In this document: piece by piece, positions 35,475 to 44,923 of the stretch
Layout: each line of letters opens with the position of its first letter
Numbering within the stretch: the first letter of the stretch is position 1
Sequence record: NC_022968.1
From: Escherichia phage 4MG
Length of the DNA: 64,000 nt
Strand: one strand, 5' to 3'
The notes under the pieces: generated by a model
Seen by the model: only the letters and a program-made list of their open reading frames with translations
Database searches by the model: none
What the model was told of the DNA's origin: nothing
Translations under genes and position numbers: made by a program

Positions 35475-35747
35475 ATGAAATTTTTCATCTATTACCGACC
35501 ACTGGAAACGATTCGATTCAAAGAGTACATGGGTGACTTGATCCATCTCTCCACTGAAGAGAAAGAATATTCCCCGGATGGGAAAGTTTGGAAAATTAGA
35601 CGTTGCAATCGTCCACAGAGTGTGTATACTCGTTTAGTAAAGATGCTGGCACATGGTGGGATGGAGAGTGACATGGTTTACCCTCTTGACGGCAAACGGT
35701 CAGTAAGAGATCTTGTTAACTACATGAATAAATGGGAGAACAAATAA
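35475..35747 (+). CDS. hypothetical protein (90 aa)
   Basis: ATG after AAAGGAGAAC; frame of track ORF. Confidence 0.45.
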   Translation: MKFFIYYRPLETIRFKEYMGDLIHLSTEEKEYSPDGKVWKIRRCNRPQSVYTRLVKMLAHGGMESDMVYPLDGKRSVRDLVNYMNKWENK

Positions 35748-35965
35748 TGTCAAAACGCCTTACGAAAGAGCAAGCGATTATCATCACCGGGTTTACAGGG
35801 CGCACAGCTTGTGGTTTTAGCCTTTTTCACGAGGATGTTGAAAAGCGTCTTGGGCGTCCTGTTTGGACGCATGAGTTTGCCAACAAACAATTCTCTGAAG
35901 AGCTTCGCGATCTCTATCGTGAAGATTACCTGGCGATCTGTTACAGTGAGGAGGAAGCAGAATGA
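35747..35965 (+). CDS. hypothetical protein (72 aa)
   Basis: Coupled ATG in frame of track ORF. Confidence 0.4.
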   Translation: MSKRLTKEQAIIITGFTGRTACGFSLFHEDVEKRLGRPVWTHEFANKQFSEELRDLYREDYLAICYSEEEAE

Positions 35966-36351
35966 GCGAACTGAATGCTCGTGAAAAGCTGTTAGCCATT
36001 GCTGACTGGTTGGGTTGGCAGAATGAAGATCTATCTTTCGGCCTGAAGTCTCCTGAAGATGCAGTCAAGCTGTACAACTACTGGCAGGAACGTGCCGACA
36101 CCCTACCTGAAATGGCAGACGAGGTAGAGGACGACGAAGGTCGTTATGTGTTCATGTTCCGTAAACATGCCTTGGGCTATGACCCGCTTGGACAGGATGT
36201 TGAGATCCTTGCAAGCCTTGCACGGGACAAGTATGAAGAGAACAACGAAACACCGTGCTGTGATTTCAATGGACTCCGTAAACACGTTCGTACAATGTAC
36301 ATGAACGATGCCGAGTGGAAACTGCAAAAGGAGTATGGCCTTGTTCGATGA
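35962..36351 (+). CDS. hypothetical acidic protein (129 aa)
   Basis: Track ORF. Confidence 0.45.
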   Translation: MSELNAREKLLAIADWLGWQNEDLSFGLKSPEDAVKLYNYWQERADTLPEMADEVEDDEGRYVFMFRKHALGYDPLGQDVEILASLARDKYEENNETPCCDFNGLRKHVRTMYMNDAEWKLQKEYGLVR

Positions 36352-36493
36352 AAAATTTGAAGCGTGGTTCAATGAGAACTACCCTCATGTGACCGATCCA
36401 ATCACTCGTGCCATTGCTCACTGTGCGTGGGATGCCCGGTGGGAGCTTCTGGTTGAAGAATTCCGTGAAGTTCACGGGGAGAAACAAAAATGA
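36335..36493 (+). CDS. hypothetical small protein (52 aa)
   Basis: ATG after AAAAGGAG in frame of track ORF. Confidence 0.35.
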   Translation: MALFDEKFEAWFNENYPHVTDPITRAIAHCAWDARWELLVEEFREVHGEKQK

Positions 36494-36741
36494 ACGGGGT
36501 CTCCATCAAGTATCGAGCATACTGGGGTGGGACTCGAAAACAACCGCTCGCAGGGTTCTCTGTAGGCAACAAACCCTGGGTGACTGTTCGCGAGAACTAC
36601 GAAAAGCCTCTGCTTGTTCTCTGCACATGTGGGGCAAACGACTGGACCGATAACGGTCGCACAATGAATGAATACGAATGTGGCTGTTGTGGCGAATTCG
36701 TACTAACAGAACCTAAACAGGAGAAACACAATGACCAATAA
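36490..36741 (+). CDS. hypothetical Cys-rich protein (83 aa)
   Basis: Track ORF; CTCG ... CGCCGEF cysteine cluster. Confidence 0.4.
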   Translation: MNGVSIKYRAYWGGTRKQPLAGFSVGNKPWVTVRENYEKPLLVLCTCGANDWTDNGRTMNEYECGCCGEFVLTEPKQEKHNDQ

Positions 36742-37042
36742 AACGTACACCGTTGTAAAAGACCAGTGCCATGAAAACATGGGTACTCCGTCTACCGTGG
36801 GTCAGTCAGTGACCACAATTGTGGCAGTTCCTTCTGGAACACAGATCGTGATAGTAGACCAAAACGGAGCCAAAGGCTTTTCACGGGTTCGTCGTGATGT
36901 TTATCTTACTCTTGGCGGTACATCACGAATTGCAGACAGATTCGGAAATGTTTCAGATTGTACATTCTCTGTGTACATTGGTGGGGTCGCCTATAATGGT
37001 AACGATGTGTACACCGCAGAGGAACTGGGGATCACCGAATGA
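36731..37042 (+). CDS. hypothetical protein (103 aa)
   Basis: Track ORF. Confidence 0.4.
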   Translation: MTNKTYTVVKDQCHENMGTPSTVGQSVTTIVAVPSGTQIVIVDQNGAKGFSRVRRDVYLTLGGTSRIADRFGNVSDCTFSVYIGGVAYNGNDVYTAEELGITE

Positions 37043-37305
37043 AAGTAACCGCGTTTTTAAAGTACGATTTATACCCGTACTACATTGTTCTTGAAGGGGA
37101 ACTCCAAGAGAACTTTGATGTGAAAACCAGTTGTGGAACCTATTCCCACACAAAAGTTCTGCGTGTTAAGCCTTTCTCTGAGTACGATTTACACTCTAAA
37201 ATACACAGAGATATCAAACAACAGCATGATCGTTGTCTTCGTAAATTAAAAGTTGACTTGTTGAAGCAAAATGGTATAGACTTCATCAACACAGAAAATT
37301 TCTAA
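37039..37305 (+). CDS. hypothetical protein (88 aa)
   Basis: Track ORF. Confidence 0.4.
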   Translation: MKVTAFLKYDLYPYYIVLEGELQENFDVKTSCGTYSHTKVLRVKPFSEYDLHSKIHRDIKQQHDRCLRKLKVDLLKQNGIDFINTENF

Positions 37306-37314
37306 GGAGAAAAG

Positions 37315-38568
37315 ATGAAAGTATATCTGGTAGGTGGCGCAGTACGTGACGGTTTGCTTGGTCGTGAAGTTCATGACCGTGACTACGTGGTTGTGGGTGC
37401 AACGCACGAAGAAATGATCAATAAAGGTTTCACCCAGGTTGGCGCTGCTTTTCCAGTATACCTGCATCCTGAAACCAACGAAGAGTATGCTTTGGCCCGT
37501 ACCGAGCGCAAGACGGGCAACGGTCATACAGACTTCGAAACATTCTTCAGCCCGGACGTGACTTTGGTTGAGGATTTGTCTCGTAGAGACCTGACGATCA
37601 ACGCTATGGCTAAAGATTTGGAAACAGGAGAGATCATCGACCCGTTTGGTGGTCAGTATGATATCGAAAAGAAAATTCTGCGTCATACAACGCTGGCATT
37701 CCTTGACGATCCTCTCCGCATCCTGCGTGTGTACCGATTCAAAGCACAACTGGGCAAAGACTGGGAAATCCATGCCGACACTAAAGCTCTGTGCTTTAAT
37801 AACCGTTATGGGCTGTCCCACATCAGCGGTGAGCGTAAGTGGAAAGAGATGGAGAAAGCCCTTGGTTCTGACAACTTCCGGGCATATGCTGAAGCAATGG
37901 CAGAGCTTGGTGAGTTGCCAGAACTGGATGCCCTGCGTGGAGTAGCACAACCACCAGAACACCACCCGGAAGGTGATGCTTTCGTTCATACACTGCTGTG
38001 TTTGGATGTGGCTGACCTTTACGAGGCTAACCCGTATACCAAATTTGCAGTGCTGTGCCATGACTTCGGTAAGGCGATCACTTTCCGTAAATACGGCAAT
38101 CTGATCGGGCATGAAGAGGCAGGTCTGGAACCAGTACGTACATTGTGTGAGCGTATCCGTGTGCCTAACGACTTCCGTGATGTTGCACTGTACGTAACAG
38201 AGCACCACACCCGTGTTCACTGTATCGCCCCTCGTGGCGGCAATAAGGGTGCAAAGCCACGGTCACTGATGAAACTGTTTGAGGCAGCAGGTAATGTGGC
38301 GAGCGCCAAAACAGCGATGAAGGTTGGTTCTTTGGCAGATGCGTGTTTCTGCGATGCAAAAGGTCGTGGTCCAACAAAAATTGCAGAGCCGTATCCGCAG
38401 GGTTATGTTCTGATGGATGCTTTCCGTTGCATGAAGGCTGTTGACACTAAGGTGATCTCTGCTGAGTGCCTTGCAAAAGGTAAGAGCGGTATCGAGATTG
38501 GTGAAGCTATTCGTGTTGCACGTATTGATGCTATCCGTAGCATCACCCAGCGTGAAATTAAGTGGTAG
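37315..38568 (+). CDS. tRNA nucleotidyltransferase (CCA-adding enzyme) with HD domain
   Basis: 417 aa; class II head MKVYLVGGAVRDGLLGREVHDRDYVVVG, RRDLTINAMA, and HD-type CHDFGK motif. Confidence 0.85.
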   Translation: MKVYLVGGAVRDGLLGREVHDRDYVVVGATHEEMINKGFTQVGAAFPVYLHPETNEEYALARTERKTGNGHTDFETFFSPDVTLVEDLSRRDLTINAMAKDLETGEIIDPFGGQYDIEKKILRHTTLAFLDDPLRILRVYRFKAQLGKDWEIHADTKALCFNNRYGLSHISGERKWKEMEKALGSDNFRAYAEAMAELGELPELDALRGVAQPPEHHPEGDAFVHTLLCLDVADLYEANPYTKFAVLCHDFGKAITFRKYGNLIGHEEAGLEPVRTLCERIRVPNDFRDVALYVTEHHTRVHCIAPRGGNKGAKPRSLMKLFEAAGNVASAKTAMKVGSLADACFCDAKGRGPTKIAEPYPQGYVLMDAFRCMKAVDTKVISAECLAKGKSGIEIGEAIRVARIDAIRSITQREIKW

Positions 38569-38576
38569 GAGAGACT

Positions 38577-39038
38577 ATGACCCTATTTGATTTTCCAAAA
38601 CCGAATGGCAAGACGGTGCAGGAGAAGTACGAATATGCCAAGTTCCTAGTGTTGTGCAAGGAGCCTACACTGGAACTTCTGCGATTCCTTGAAAGGGAGA
38701 AAGATAATTTTACGTACCGTCATCTTATGGTTGGTGGTTACACGTTTAGCTATGACCTTGTGTGGAGCAAAGGACTGCTCTTTGATAATCTTTCCCGGCA
38801 GGATACTACCTATCCACACTACGGTGTGGGCGGGTATGTAAGCAATGTCACCAGCAGGTACTATGGTTTTTCGTGGGCGAACCCTTATGAGGCATCTTTG
38901 TTGGAAAAGGCTGTTGACAACCTTATATTGTGGTCGGAAGAGCGTACAAGACTGGCAGAGATCCAGAGGGAAAAGGATATTCAAAATGCTCACCGAACTC
39001 GTGTCAAAGAATGGTTGAATACCCATGAAGAAAGCTGA
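38577..39038 (+). CDS. hypothetical protein (153 aa)
   Basis: ATG after AGGAGAG in frame of track ORF. Confidence 0.45.
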   Translation: MTLFDFPKPNGKTVQEKYEYAKFLVLCKEPTLELLRFLEREKDNFTYRHLMVGGYTFSYDLVWSKGLLFDNLSRQDTTYPHYGVGGYVSNVTSRYYGFSWANPYEASLLEKAVDNLILWSEERTRLAEIQREKDIQNAHRTRVKEWLNTHEES

Positions 39039-39231
39039 CAAGGAAGAGTACACATACGAGAAACACCATTTCTACGCAGACAAACATGCAGGGAAGCAGG
39101 TCTGCGCCTGGTGCGGCCTTGTAGCCTTGAGAAACAAGGCAAGTGACTGGTGCGTTGACAAGGGGTGCAACTACAAACTGCACCCGTCTTATCGCAGCGC
39201 CATGTACAAATTTACGCAATTCTTCAAATAG
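39025..39231 (+). CDS. hypothetical Cys-containing small protein (68 aa)
   Basis: Track ORF; CAWCG ... C ... C pattern. Confidence 0.4.
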   Translation: MKKADKEEYTYEKHHFYADKHAGKQVCAWCGLVALRNKASDWCVDKGCNYKLHPSYRSAMYKFTQFFK

Positions 39232-39239
39232 GAGAGCAT

Positions 39240-39560
39240 ATGTTCTGGTGGATTGATAATGTTGTAGGGCCATATATGTTCTTCGTGAACGAGTGGTTTG
39301 AGTGGCTGACGCTTGGTGTACTGATCGTGTCTTCTGCATTGATAGGTAAATTCTTCCATCCAAGAAGTTTTGATAGCTGGGAGGACTATTTCTGGCCCGT
39401 GTTGTTTATCACGGTGGCGACAGTGCTTATTCCAACTGCATCGGTACTGATAATGTTTATACTTCCGATAATCGCCGTTGTCCTCTTGATCGCAGCGGTA
39501 GGTGGTGGAATATTCTGGGCTGTGCAGAATAACTTCTGGATAAAAAGGGGAAAACAATGA
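39240..39560 (+). CDS. membrane protein (106 aa)
   Basis: ATG after AGGAGAG; three hydrophobic segments. Confidence 0.45.
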   Translation: MFWWIDNVVGPYMFFVNEWFEWLTLGVLIVSSALIGKFFHPRSFDSWEDYFWPVLFITVATVLIPTASVLIMFILPIIAVVLLIAAVGGGIFWAVQNNFWIKRGKQ

Positions 39561-39775
39561 CTATTGAACTTGTAATTTACCTGTGCATCGGTATACTGTG
39601 CATGGTCGCTGTAATAGCTGCTGATTGGTTCTTGGCAGATAGATTATCTGGACAAGGAATTGGTATTGGGCTGCTGGCTGTTGTGTTCTGGCCTTTATTT
39701 GGGATTTGCCTTATTGGTGGCCTGATAGCTGCCCTGTTTGAAGAAGATTTTGTAATCGCAAGGAGAAAGAGATGA
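39557..39775 (+). CDS. membrane protein (72 aa)
   Basis: Track ORF; two hydrophobic helices. Confidence 0.45.
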   Translation: MTIELVIYLCIGILCMVAVIAADWFLADRLSGQGIGIGLLAVVFWPLFGICLIGGLIAALFEEDFVIARRKR

Positions 39776-40260
39776 AGACACGCATGTACTGCGTAGTAAA
39801 CCAATATATTGCTGGCATCCATGCCGGGATTCAGTCGGCACACGCGATGTCGGAGATGTTCCTTGATTACTCTCAGCGCCGTAACAATGCCGGAAACCTG
39901 TTGTGGGACTGGGCTGATCGCGACAAGACCGTAATCGTGCTCAACGGTGGCTACCAGTCTTCATTGCAGGAACTATGTGAGAAACTGAAGCCTCTGAGCG
40001 GCACTTACCCTTGGGCTTCCTTCTGTGAGGAACAGGATGCCCTGAACGGTGCGATGACCGCAGTTGCTGTTGTGCTGCCTGAGTATATGTACTCACCGCA
40101 ATACGCAGAAGTTGTTGACTTGGTGAAATTACCAGGTTACAATCCACCACAAGTTGCTAATCAGTATCGTGACGAGATGGGAAATACCATCCACAACTAT
40201 ACGCAACCTGAAAAAGACCTGATCACAATGATCAAATCATTCCGACTGAAAGGAGAATAA
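39772..40260 (+). CDS. hypothetical protein (162 aa)
   Basis: Track ORF; no motif recognised. Confidence 0.45.
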   Translation: MKTRMYCVVNQYIAGIHAGIQSAHAMSEMFLDYSQRRNNAGNLLWDWADRDKTVIVLNGGYQSSLQELCEKLKPLSGTYPWASFCEEQDALNGAMTAVAVVLPEYMYSPQYAEVVDLVKLPGYNPPQVANQYRDEMGNTIHNYTQPEKDLITMIKSFRLKGE

Positions 40261-40262
40261 AT

Positions 40263-40598
40263 ATGATCTACACTATCTTTTTACTCTGGACCCTCTTTGG
40301 CCTTGGCATCTGTACATATTCTTGGCTGAAAGGCGAAGATACCGTTGCCGACCCGAAATCGTTTGGTGTATTCGTTGTTCTGGCAATGGTCGAGGGGCTG
40401 ATGTTGGTAACAACCCTGATCCCACCAAGCGCGGGTCTGTTTGCAGGGTGCTTGTTTGGTTTCTGGCTGTTCCGTCACCTGGTGGCAGCAAAAGCAATTC
40501 TCACCGGGAAGACCTGCAAAAACAAGAATATGGGTTATGGCATTCTTGTTAACGCCGTGTTCCTTGGCCTTGTGACCATCTCTTACTTCGGAGGGTAA
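40263..40598 (+). CDS. membrane protein (111 aa)
   Basis: Track ORF; multiple hydrophobic helices. Confidence 0.45.
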   Translation: MIYTIFLLWTLFGLGICTYSWLKGEDTVADPKSFGVFVVLAMVEGLMLVTTLIPPSAGLFAGCLFGFWLFRHLVAAKAILTGKTCKNKNMGYGILVNAVFLGLVTISYFGG

Positions 40599-40599
40599 T

Positions 40600-40776
40600 A
40601 TGAAAGTTGAAGAACTGAACCCGGAAATCCTTGTAGCCATGATAAATGCAGCGAGCAACATCGCCGCTGCTAAAATCAGGACAATTGGTGACGAATTCAA
40701 CCGTGACCACAACTTTTTTAGCCGGGAATTTGGACGTGTTATCGAAGGCGTAATGAAAGAGGTCAACAAAGAATGA
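40600..40776 (+). CDS. hypothetical small protein (58 aa)
   Basis: Not in track; fills gap with coupled start and ATGA overlap with next gene. Confidence 0.35.
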   Translation: MKVEELNPEILVAMINAASNIAAAKIRTIGDEFNRDHNFFSREFGRVIEGVMKEVNKE

Positions 40777-41114
40777 AAGACGTTCGTGGTGAAACCCTGA
40801 ATGTTGGTGATGAGGTTTATATCTACTGGGGGTATAACCAATTGCGCCCAGCCGTGGTAAAGCAGATCACTAAAAACAAGGCCAAAGTGTTTTGTGACGG
40901 GTCACTCTCCAAATGGAAGTCAGGTGAGTGCATGATCAAGGCAGAAGAACCAACAGGCTACTACCCTGACGAGGTGATCATGCTTCTTGAAGAGATTCGT
41001 CGTATTCGGGATGAGGCTCCGATGAATAAAGAGGGTCTTCCAACAAAACAACTGTGCCAGGGGCTTCTGAATTTTTGGGATATGAAGCGCCCAATGAAAC
41101 TGGTTACCTCTTAA
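40773..41114 (+). CDS. hypothetical protein (113 aa)
   Basis: Track ORF. Confidence 0.45.
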   Translation: MKDVRGETLNVGDEVYIYWGYNQLRPAVVKQITKNKAKVFCDGSLSKWKSGECMIKAEEPTGYYPDEVIMLLEEIRRIRDEAPMNKEGLPTKQLCQGLLNFWDMKRPMKLVTS

Positions 41115-41122
41115 GGAGAGAT

Positions 41123-42196
41123 ATGAAAACTTTTGATATGATGCGATGCTACTCAGGTAGCCTCGCGTATGGGACTAATCTCCCAACATCGGATGTTGAT
41201 ATCCGTGGTCTGTTCTGTGCGGAACCTAAGTTCATCCGTACTCCATTCTTCAATATCAAAGAGCAGACGCTCGCTGATGAAGAGGATGGTAAGATCTACG
41301 AACTGACAAACTTCATGAAGTTGTTTGTGGAGATGAACCCCAACATCATCGAACTGATGTTTGTTGATGAAAAAGATATCATTTCCAGTTCAGACGCTTA
41401 CGCATACCTGCGTACAATGGCACCTGAGCTTATGTCAAGTAAGGTTGCATTTAGCTTCTCTGGTTATGCTATGGCACAGCTTAAGCGTATCCGTGGTCAT
41501 GATAAGTGGATCACCAATCCGCAACCGGAGGAAAAGCCAACGCAAAAGGACTTCTTCCGTTTAGTCCACAACTACAGTGAGCACCCTTTCCTTGCTGGTG
41601 TAATTAAGCACGAACGCTTCATGGAGGCCATGACAAATCTGAACGATATGTGCGTCCTCGTTCCTTATGGCAACGACATCTATGGTGTGATGGAGAACTT
41701 CAGTAGCTCAGGTATGTTCAACGCAGATGGTTCTATTCGTCATGTTGACTACCAGCAACTGTCTGATACAGACAAGCGCCGGAAACCTGTGTTCATTGTA
41801 AAGTATCTGGCAGAAGAGCACAAACAGGCAAAGGAGAAGCACCGTAACTACTGGGCCTGGAAGCAGAACCGTAACGAAGTGCGTCATCAGCTTGAAGTGA
41901 ACTTTGGGTACGACACCAAACACGCCATGCATCTTGTACGTCTGATGCGCATGGCTGAAGAGATCCTGACTGATGGAAAGGTTCTGGTGAAGCGTCCTGA
42001 CGCTCAAGAACTCTTAGATATCCGTGGTGGCAAGTGGACTCTTGACGAGCTTCTTAAATGGGCTGATGAAAAAGATCATTACATTCGCGAAGTTCTGTAC
42101 AAAAAGACAGACCTGCCGAAGTACACCGATCTTGAGTTAGCTTCTCGTGTTCTCATGACAGCGCAGGATATCTGCTGGGCGAGTATGGATGTTTGA
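41123..42196 (+). CDS. polymerase-beta superfamily nucleotidyltransferase of unknown specificity
   Basis: About 357 aa; GSLAYGTNLPTSDVDIRGL fits the G[SG]-x(9-13)-D-h-[DE] nucleotidyltransferase signature; helical C-terminal domain. Confidence 0.6.
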   Translation: MKTFDMMRCYSGSLAYGTNLPTSDVDIRGLFCAEPKFIRTPFFNIKEQTLADEEDGKIYELTNFMKLFVEMNPNIIELMFVDEKDIISSSDAYAYLRTMAPELMSSKVAFSFSGYAMAQLKRIRGHDKWITNPQPEEKPTQKDFFRLVHNYSEHPFLAGVIKHERFMEAMTNLNDMCVLVPYGNDIYGVMENFSSSGMFNADGSIRHVDYQQLSDTDKRRKPVFIVKYLAEEHKQAKEKHRNYWAWKQNRNEVRHQLEVNFGYDTKHAMHLVRLMRMAEEILTDGKVLVKRPDAQELLDIRGGKWTLDELLKWADEKDHYIREVLYKKTDLPKYTDLELASRVLMTAQDICWASMDV

Positions 42197-42401
42197 GGCA
42201 ATCGTAGGCATAATTGGGGTTGCATATGCTGTGATTGCTGTGGTATACTCCGTGAAGATGGAGAACGATAAGGTTCTTAAGCAGGTATATAAAGCAAAGT
42301 CAGATCATGACTGGTCAGAAATATGCTTTGCGGTCGGGTTCGCCTGGCCGCTGGCTACTTTGCTCCACTATGTTATGAGGAGAAGAAATGCGTCAGCTTG
42401 A
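42189..42401 (+). CDS. small membrane protein (70 aa)
   Basis: Track ORF; hydrophobic N-terminus. Confidence 0.4.
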   Translation: MFEAIVGIIGVAYAVIAVVYSVKMENDKVLKQVYKAKSDHDWSEICFAVGFAWPLATLLHYVMRRRNASA

Positions 42402-42564
42402 ATTTTCAGGAAAAATGCTTGAGCTTGTTGCTGAGTGGATGGATGACTATAAACGTCAACGTAGCTTCAGCGACGAGCCTGAGAACTGGCCTTATGAGCG
42501 CACCCAAGAAGACTGGATGAGTGACTTCTTTGTGTGGCTCCAGTGTAAGGGGTATCCGGTATGA
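42388..42564 (+). CDS. hypothetical small protein (58 aa)
   Basis: Not in track; coupled to neighbours. Confidence 0.35.
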   Translation: MRQLEFSGKMLELVAEWMDDYKRQRSFSDEPENWPYERTQEDWMSDFFVWLQCKGYPV

Positions 42565-42791
42565 GCTTCGGGACACTAACAGCAGAGCAGGCACAGATCC
42601 TGCAAGACCGTTATAAAGAACAGCAAGGTATTGAGAAGGTCGTATGGCCCTCACCAGGTAACTCCGGTGTTATCAAATGCCTGCATGACCAATGTCCTAA
42701 TTGCGGGGGAACAGGTGTTCGCAAAGACGGCTTAGGACTGTGCTTCCACGGGATAGCCTGTCCTTGCCCTAAATGCAGTTTTACTTGCTGA
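42561..42791 (+). CDS. zinc-ribbon-like Cys-rich protein (76 aa)
   Basis: Track ORF; CPNCGG ... CPCPKC. Confidence 0.4.
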   Translation: MSFGTLTAEQAQILQDRYKEQQGIEKVVWPSPGNSGVIKCLHDQCPNCGGTGVRKDGLGLCFHGIACPCPKCSFTC

Positions 42792-42798
42792 GGTATTA

Positions 42799-43449
42799 AT
42801 GGAAGAGATGCTATTGGTTGGTGGTGGAAAATCACCTGGGGTCACTGTCCTTGATATTGACCCATCAAAACAAACCCTTGGACAAACAAACCTTGTAGAT
42901 GTCTACGGGCATCCGTTTACAAAGGTTGGGGCTGGCAATGCCATAATTCAGGATGTCTCTGGTCAAGGAAGGGTCATGTCCTTCCCAGGATCAGCATACT
43001 TCGAGACACCAATGACGGCAGACATAAGCATGGCAGTAGGTAAATTTGAAGTTCGTTCTGAGTTTTATCTCAACAATACCGCAACTATGGCAGTATGGGG
43101 TACAGGGGATTATGTCTCTACAGGAAATATTGTTGGTGGGGTATTGCAGGTGGCGAACCTGTCTGGAGGTTCTCAGTATTTTGTTACAGACAATATTGGA
43201 AACTTTGTGAGGGCATTCTTCAGTCCGGCTGCTCCGGGGTGGAATGATTTCTCAATGATTTGGGACTCAACAACCAAAGTTATGAAAGTAGTGAATAACA
43301 ACAATCCTTTAGCGACACAACAATACATAATTCCATATGGCTTTGGAAACGGGACAAAGTTGAGTGTCGGGGGAAGCTATCCACGAGGAGTCGGTTCTTA
43401 TACCCTACAGGGATACCTGAAGCGGTTGCGGATCATTAAGTTATCATGA
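42799..43449 (+). CDS. LamG/concanavalin-like beta-sandwich protein (paralogue of 47782-48435)
   Basis: 216 aa; beta-rich, Gly/Thr-rich; shares N-terminal M-x-E-M-L ... GKS-P and C-terminal Y-L-K-R-L-R-I pattern with 47782 ORF. Confidence 0.35.
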   Translation: MEEMLLVGGGKSPGVTVLDIDPSKQTLGQTNLVDVYGHPFTKVGAGNAIIQDVSGQGRVMSFPGSAYFETPMTADISMAVGKFEVRSEFYLNNTATMAVWGTGDYVSTGNIVGGVLQVANLSGGSQYFVTDNIGNFVRAFFSPAAPGWNDFSMIWDSTTKVMKVVNNNNPLATQQYIIPYGFGNGTKLSVGGSYPRGVGSYTLQGYLKRLRIIKLS

Positions 43450-43522
43450 TTCATCCTGTCTCCTATATAATATCTTGACTAACCATGATAAAATGGAGGT
43501 TAATAATATGATAGGAGGTAGT

Positions 43523-44011
43523 ATGTTTCAGAAATTAGTTCGTGAACACCCTACCCTACAAGAACACTGGCAGACCCTGCTGGAAAAGGGGTTCATAGAG
43601 AACTCTAAGGGTTGCATCGCGCTTGTACGCAAGTACGCCGCTGATGAAAGAGTGCTTATTATCAGGGATGCTAAAAACAGTATCCTTTATACCATTCGTG
43701 TAGGGCGATTGGAAGTTACTCGTGGCGTAGACACACAAAACCCGGTGACGTATACATTCCGTGTGGGTGATATGGGGAAGCTCGACCCAGAGCATCTGGA
43801 AGAGGCATTTGACCAATATGAGGGTTTTGAGACTTCCATCCGTGATCTCTATCGTACAATCGACAGGATCATTAACGAGTATAAGAAGTCTCTTGGATGG
43901 GGATACAGAATCAAAGATTGGTTCAGAAACCCGCCGAACAAGGTGTTCTTTGCTGTATTCGTTATCTATGCAATAATTAGCATGGTTGTGTATTTCTATC
44001 CACTTTTCTGA
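43523..44011 (+). CDS. hypothetical protein with C-terminal transmembrane anchor
   Basis: ATG after AGGAGG; hydrophobic C-terminus VFFAVFVIYAIISMVVYFYPLF. Confidence 0.45.
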   Translation: MFQKLVREHPTLQEHWQTLLEKGFIENSKGCIALVRKYAADERVLIIRDAKNSILYTIRVGRLEVTRGVDTQNPVTYTFRVGDMGKLDPEHLEEAFDQYEGFETSIRDLYRTIDRIINEYKKSLGWGYRIKDWFRNPPNKVFFAVFVIYAIISMVVYFYPLF

Positions 44012-44016
44012 GGAGA

Positions 44017-44418
44017 TTGTCTATGAGGGACAGAGGAGATTATTACCGTAAGTACGCCGAGCGGAGGCGAATGATAGACCGTGAGCGTCGTTCTACGCCA
44101 GAAGGAAAGGCAAGGCAGTTACAGATCAGGCTTGAGCGTATCGAGGCTGAGAAACGTGCAACCATGCACAGTGAGTGGGACATCTTTGTAAGAGAAGAGG
44201 CCAACCATCTTTGCAACGTGAGGATGTGTGAAACTGGCATCCGTTGGGAGCCAGACCACATGCTGCCCCTCCGGGCAAAGATTGTCTCCGGCCTTAACTG
44301 TGGTGATAATATCCAGGTAATCCCTGCAAAGATGAATCGTAGCAAAAAGAACCACATGATTTATACCAACCGCTTTGAGTGGATTAAGGATTTGGAGACC
44401 GTATGCAGGATGAAATGA
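44017..44418 (+). CDS. HNH endonuclease
   Basis: 133 aa; HLCNVRMCE ... EPDHMLP ... NCGDNIQVIPAKMNRSKKNH HNH-type motifs. Confidence 0.6.
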   Translation: MSMRDRGDYYRKYAERRRMIDRERRSTPEGKARQLQIRLERIEAEKRATMHSEWDIFVREEANHLCNVRMCETGIRWEPDHMLPLRAKIVSGLNCGDNIQVIPAKMNRSKKNHMIYTNRFEWIKDLETVCRMK

Positions 44419-44897
44419 TTAGACTGTTTGTAAAAGACACCAGCCACGAGGTGATAAGCAAACTCCCCGGAATATCTAGTGCTGTTGCACAGGTAAAGTC
44501 CGGGGTTTGTGGGGCAATTGTTTTTGTCGTGAAGTCAAAACACAACATTGATTCTGAAGGCATACTCAATCCAAGATTGGTTATCACAAAGAGTGCTGGT
44601 AAGAATGAGCAGATATTTATGATAGCCACGAGTAAGGATGAGAAGATTTGGATTCATCCGGACGAAGTTTTCATTGGTAACACCCAGGTCTACAACCGGG
44701 ACATGTTCTTTGATGCTTCTGCTCCAACTGAGGAAGAAGTCCAAATGCTGAGAATGGCTAAAGGTGCGGATTTGGATGCCCTTATGAAGGCATTTGGGAA
44801 AGTCCCCGGAAGGATTATGGAAAGGATAATGTCCGGGACTTTTGTGGAAGAGTACACAGCGGTAACCAAAGAAAAGGTAATCGTTTTAATGGGATAA
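44403..44897 (+). CDS. hypothetical protein (164 aa)
   Basis: Track ORF. Confidence 0.45.
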   Translation: MQDEMIRLFVKDTSHEVISKLPGISSAVAQVKSGVCGAIVFVVKSKHNIDSEGILNPRLVITKSAGKNEQIFMIATSKDEKIWIHPDEVFIGNTQVYNRDMFFDASAPTEEEVQMLRMAKGADLDALMKAFGKVPGRIMERIMSGTFVEEYTAVTKEKVIVLMG

Positions 44898-44923
44898 CCC
44901 GCCTTGAGCGGGTTTTCTTTTAT
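44896..44923. terminator. bidirectional intrinsic terminator (AACCCGCCTTGAGCGGGTT flanked by A-run and T-run)
   Basis: Hairpin sits between convergent genes 44403-44897 (+) and 44920-45234 (-). Confidence 0.5.

Noticed and set aside
37246-38220. Minus-strand ORF (324 aa) opposite the CCA-adding enzyme gene
   Set aside because: Antisense to a gene with canonical CCA-enzyme motifs; no SD
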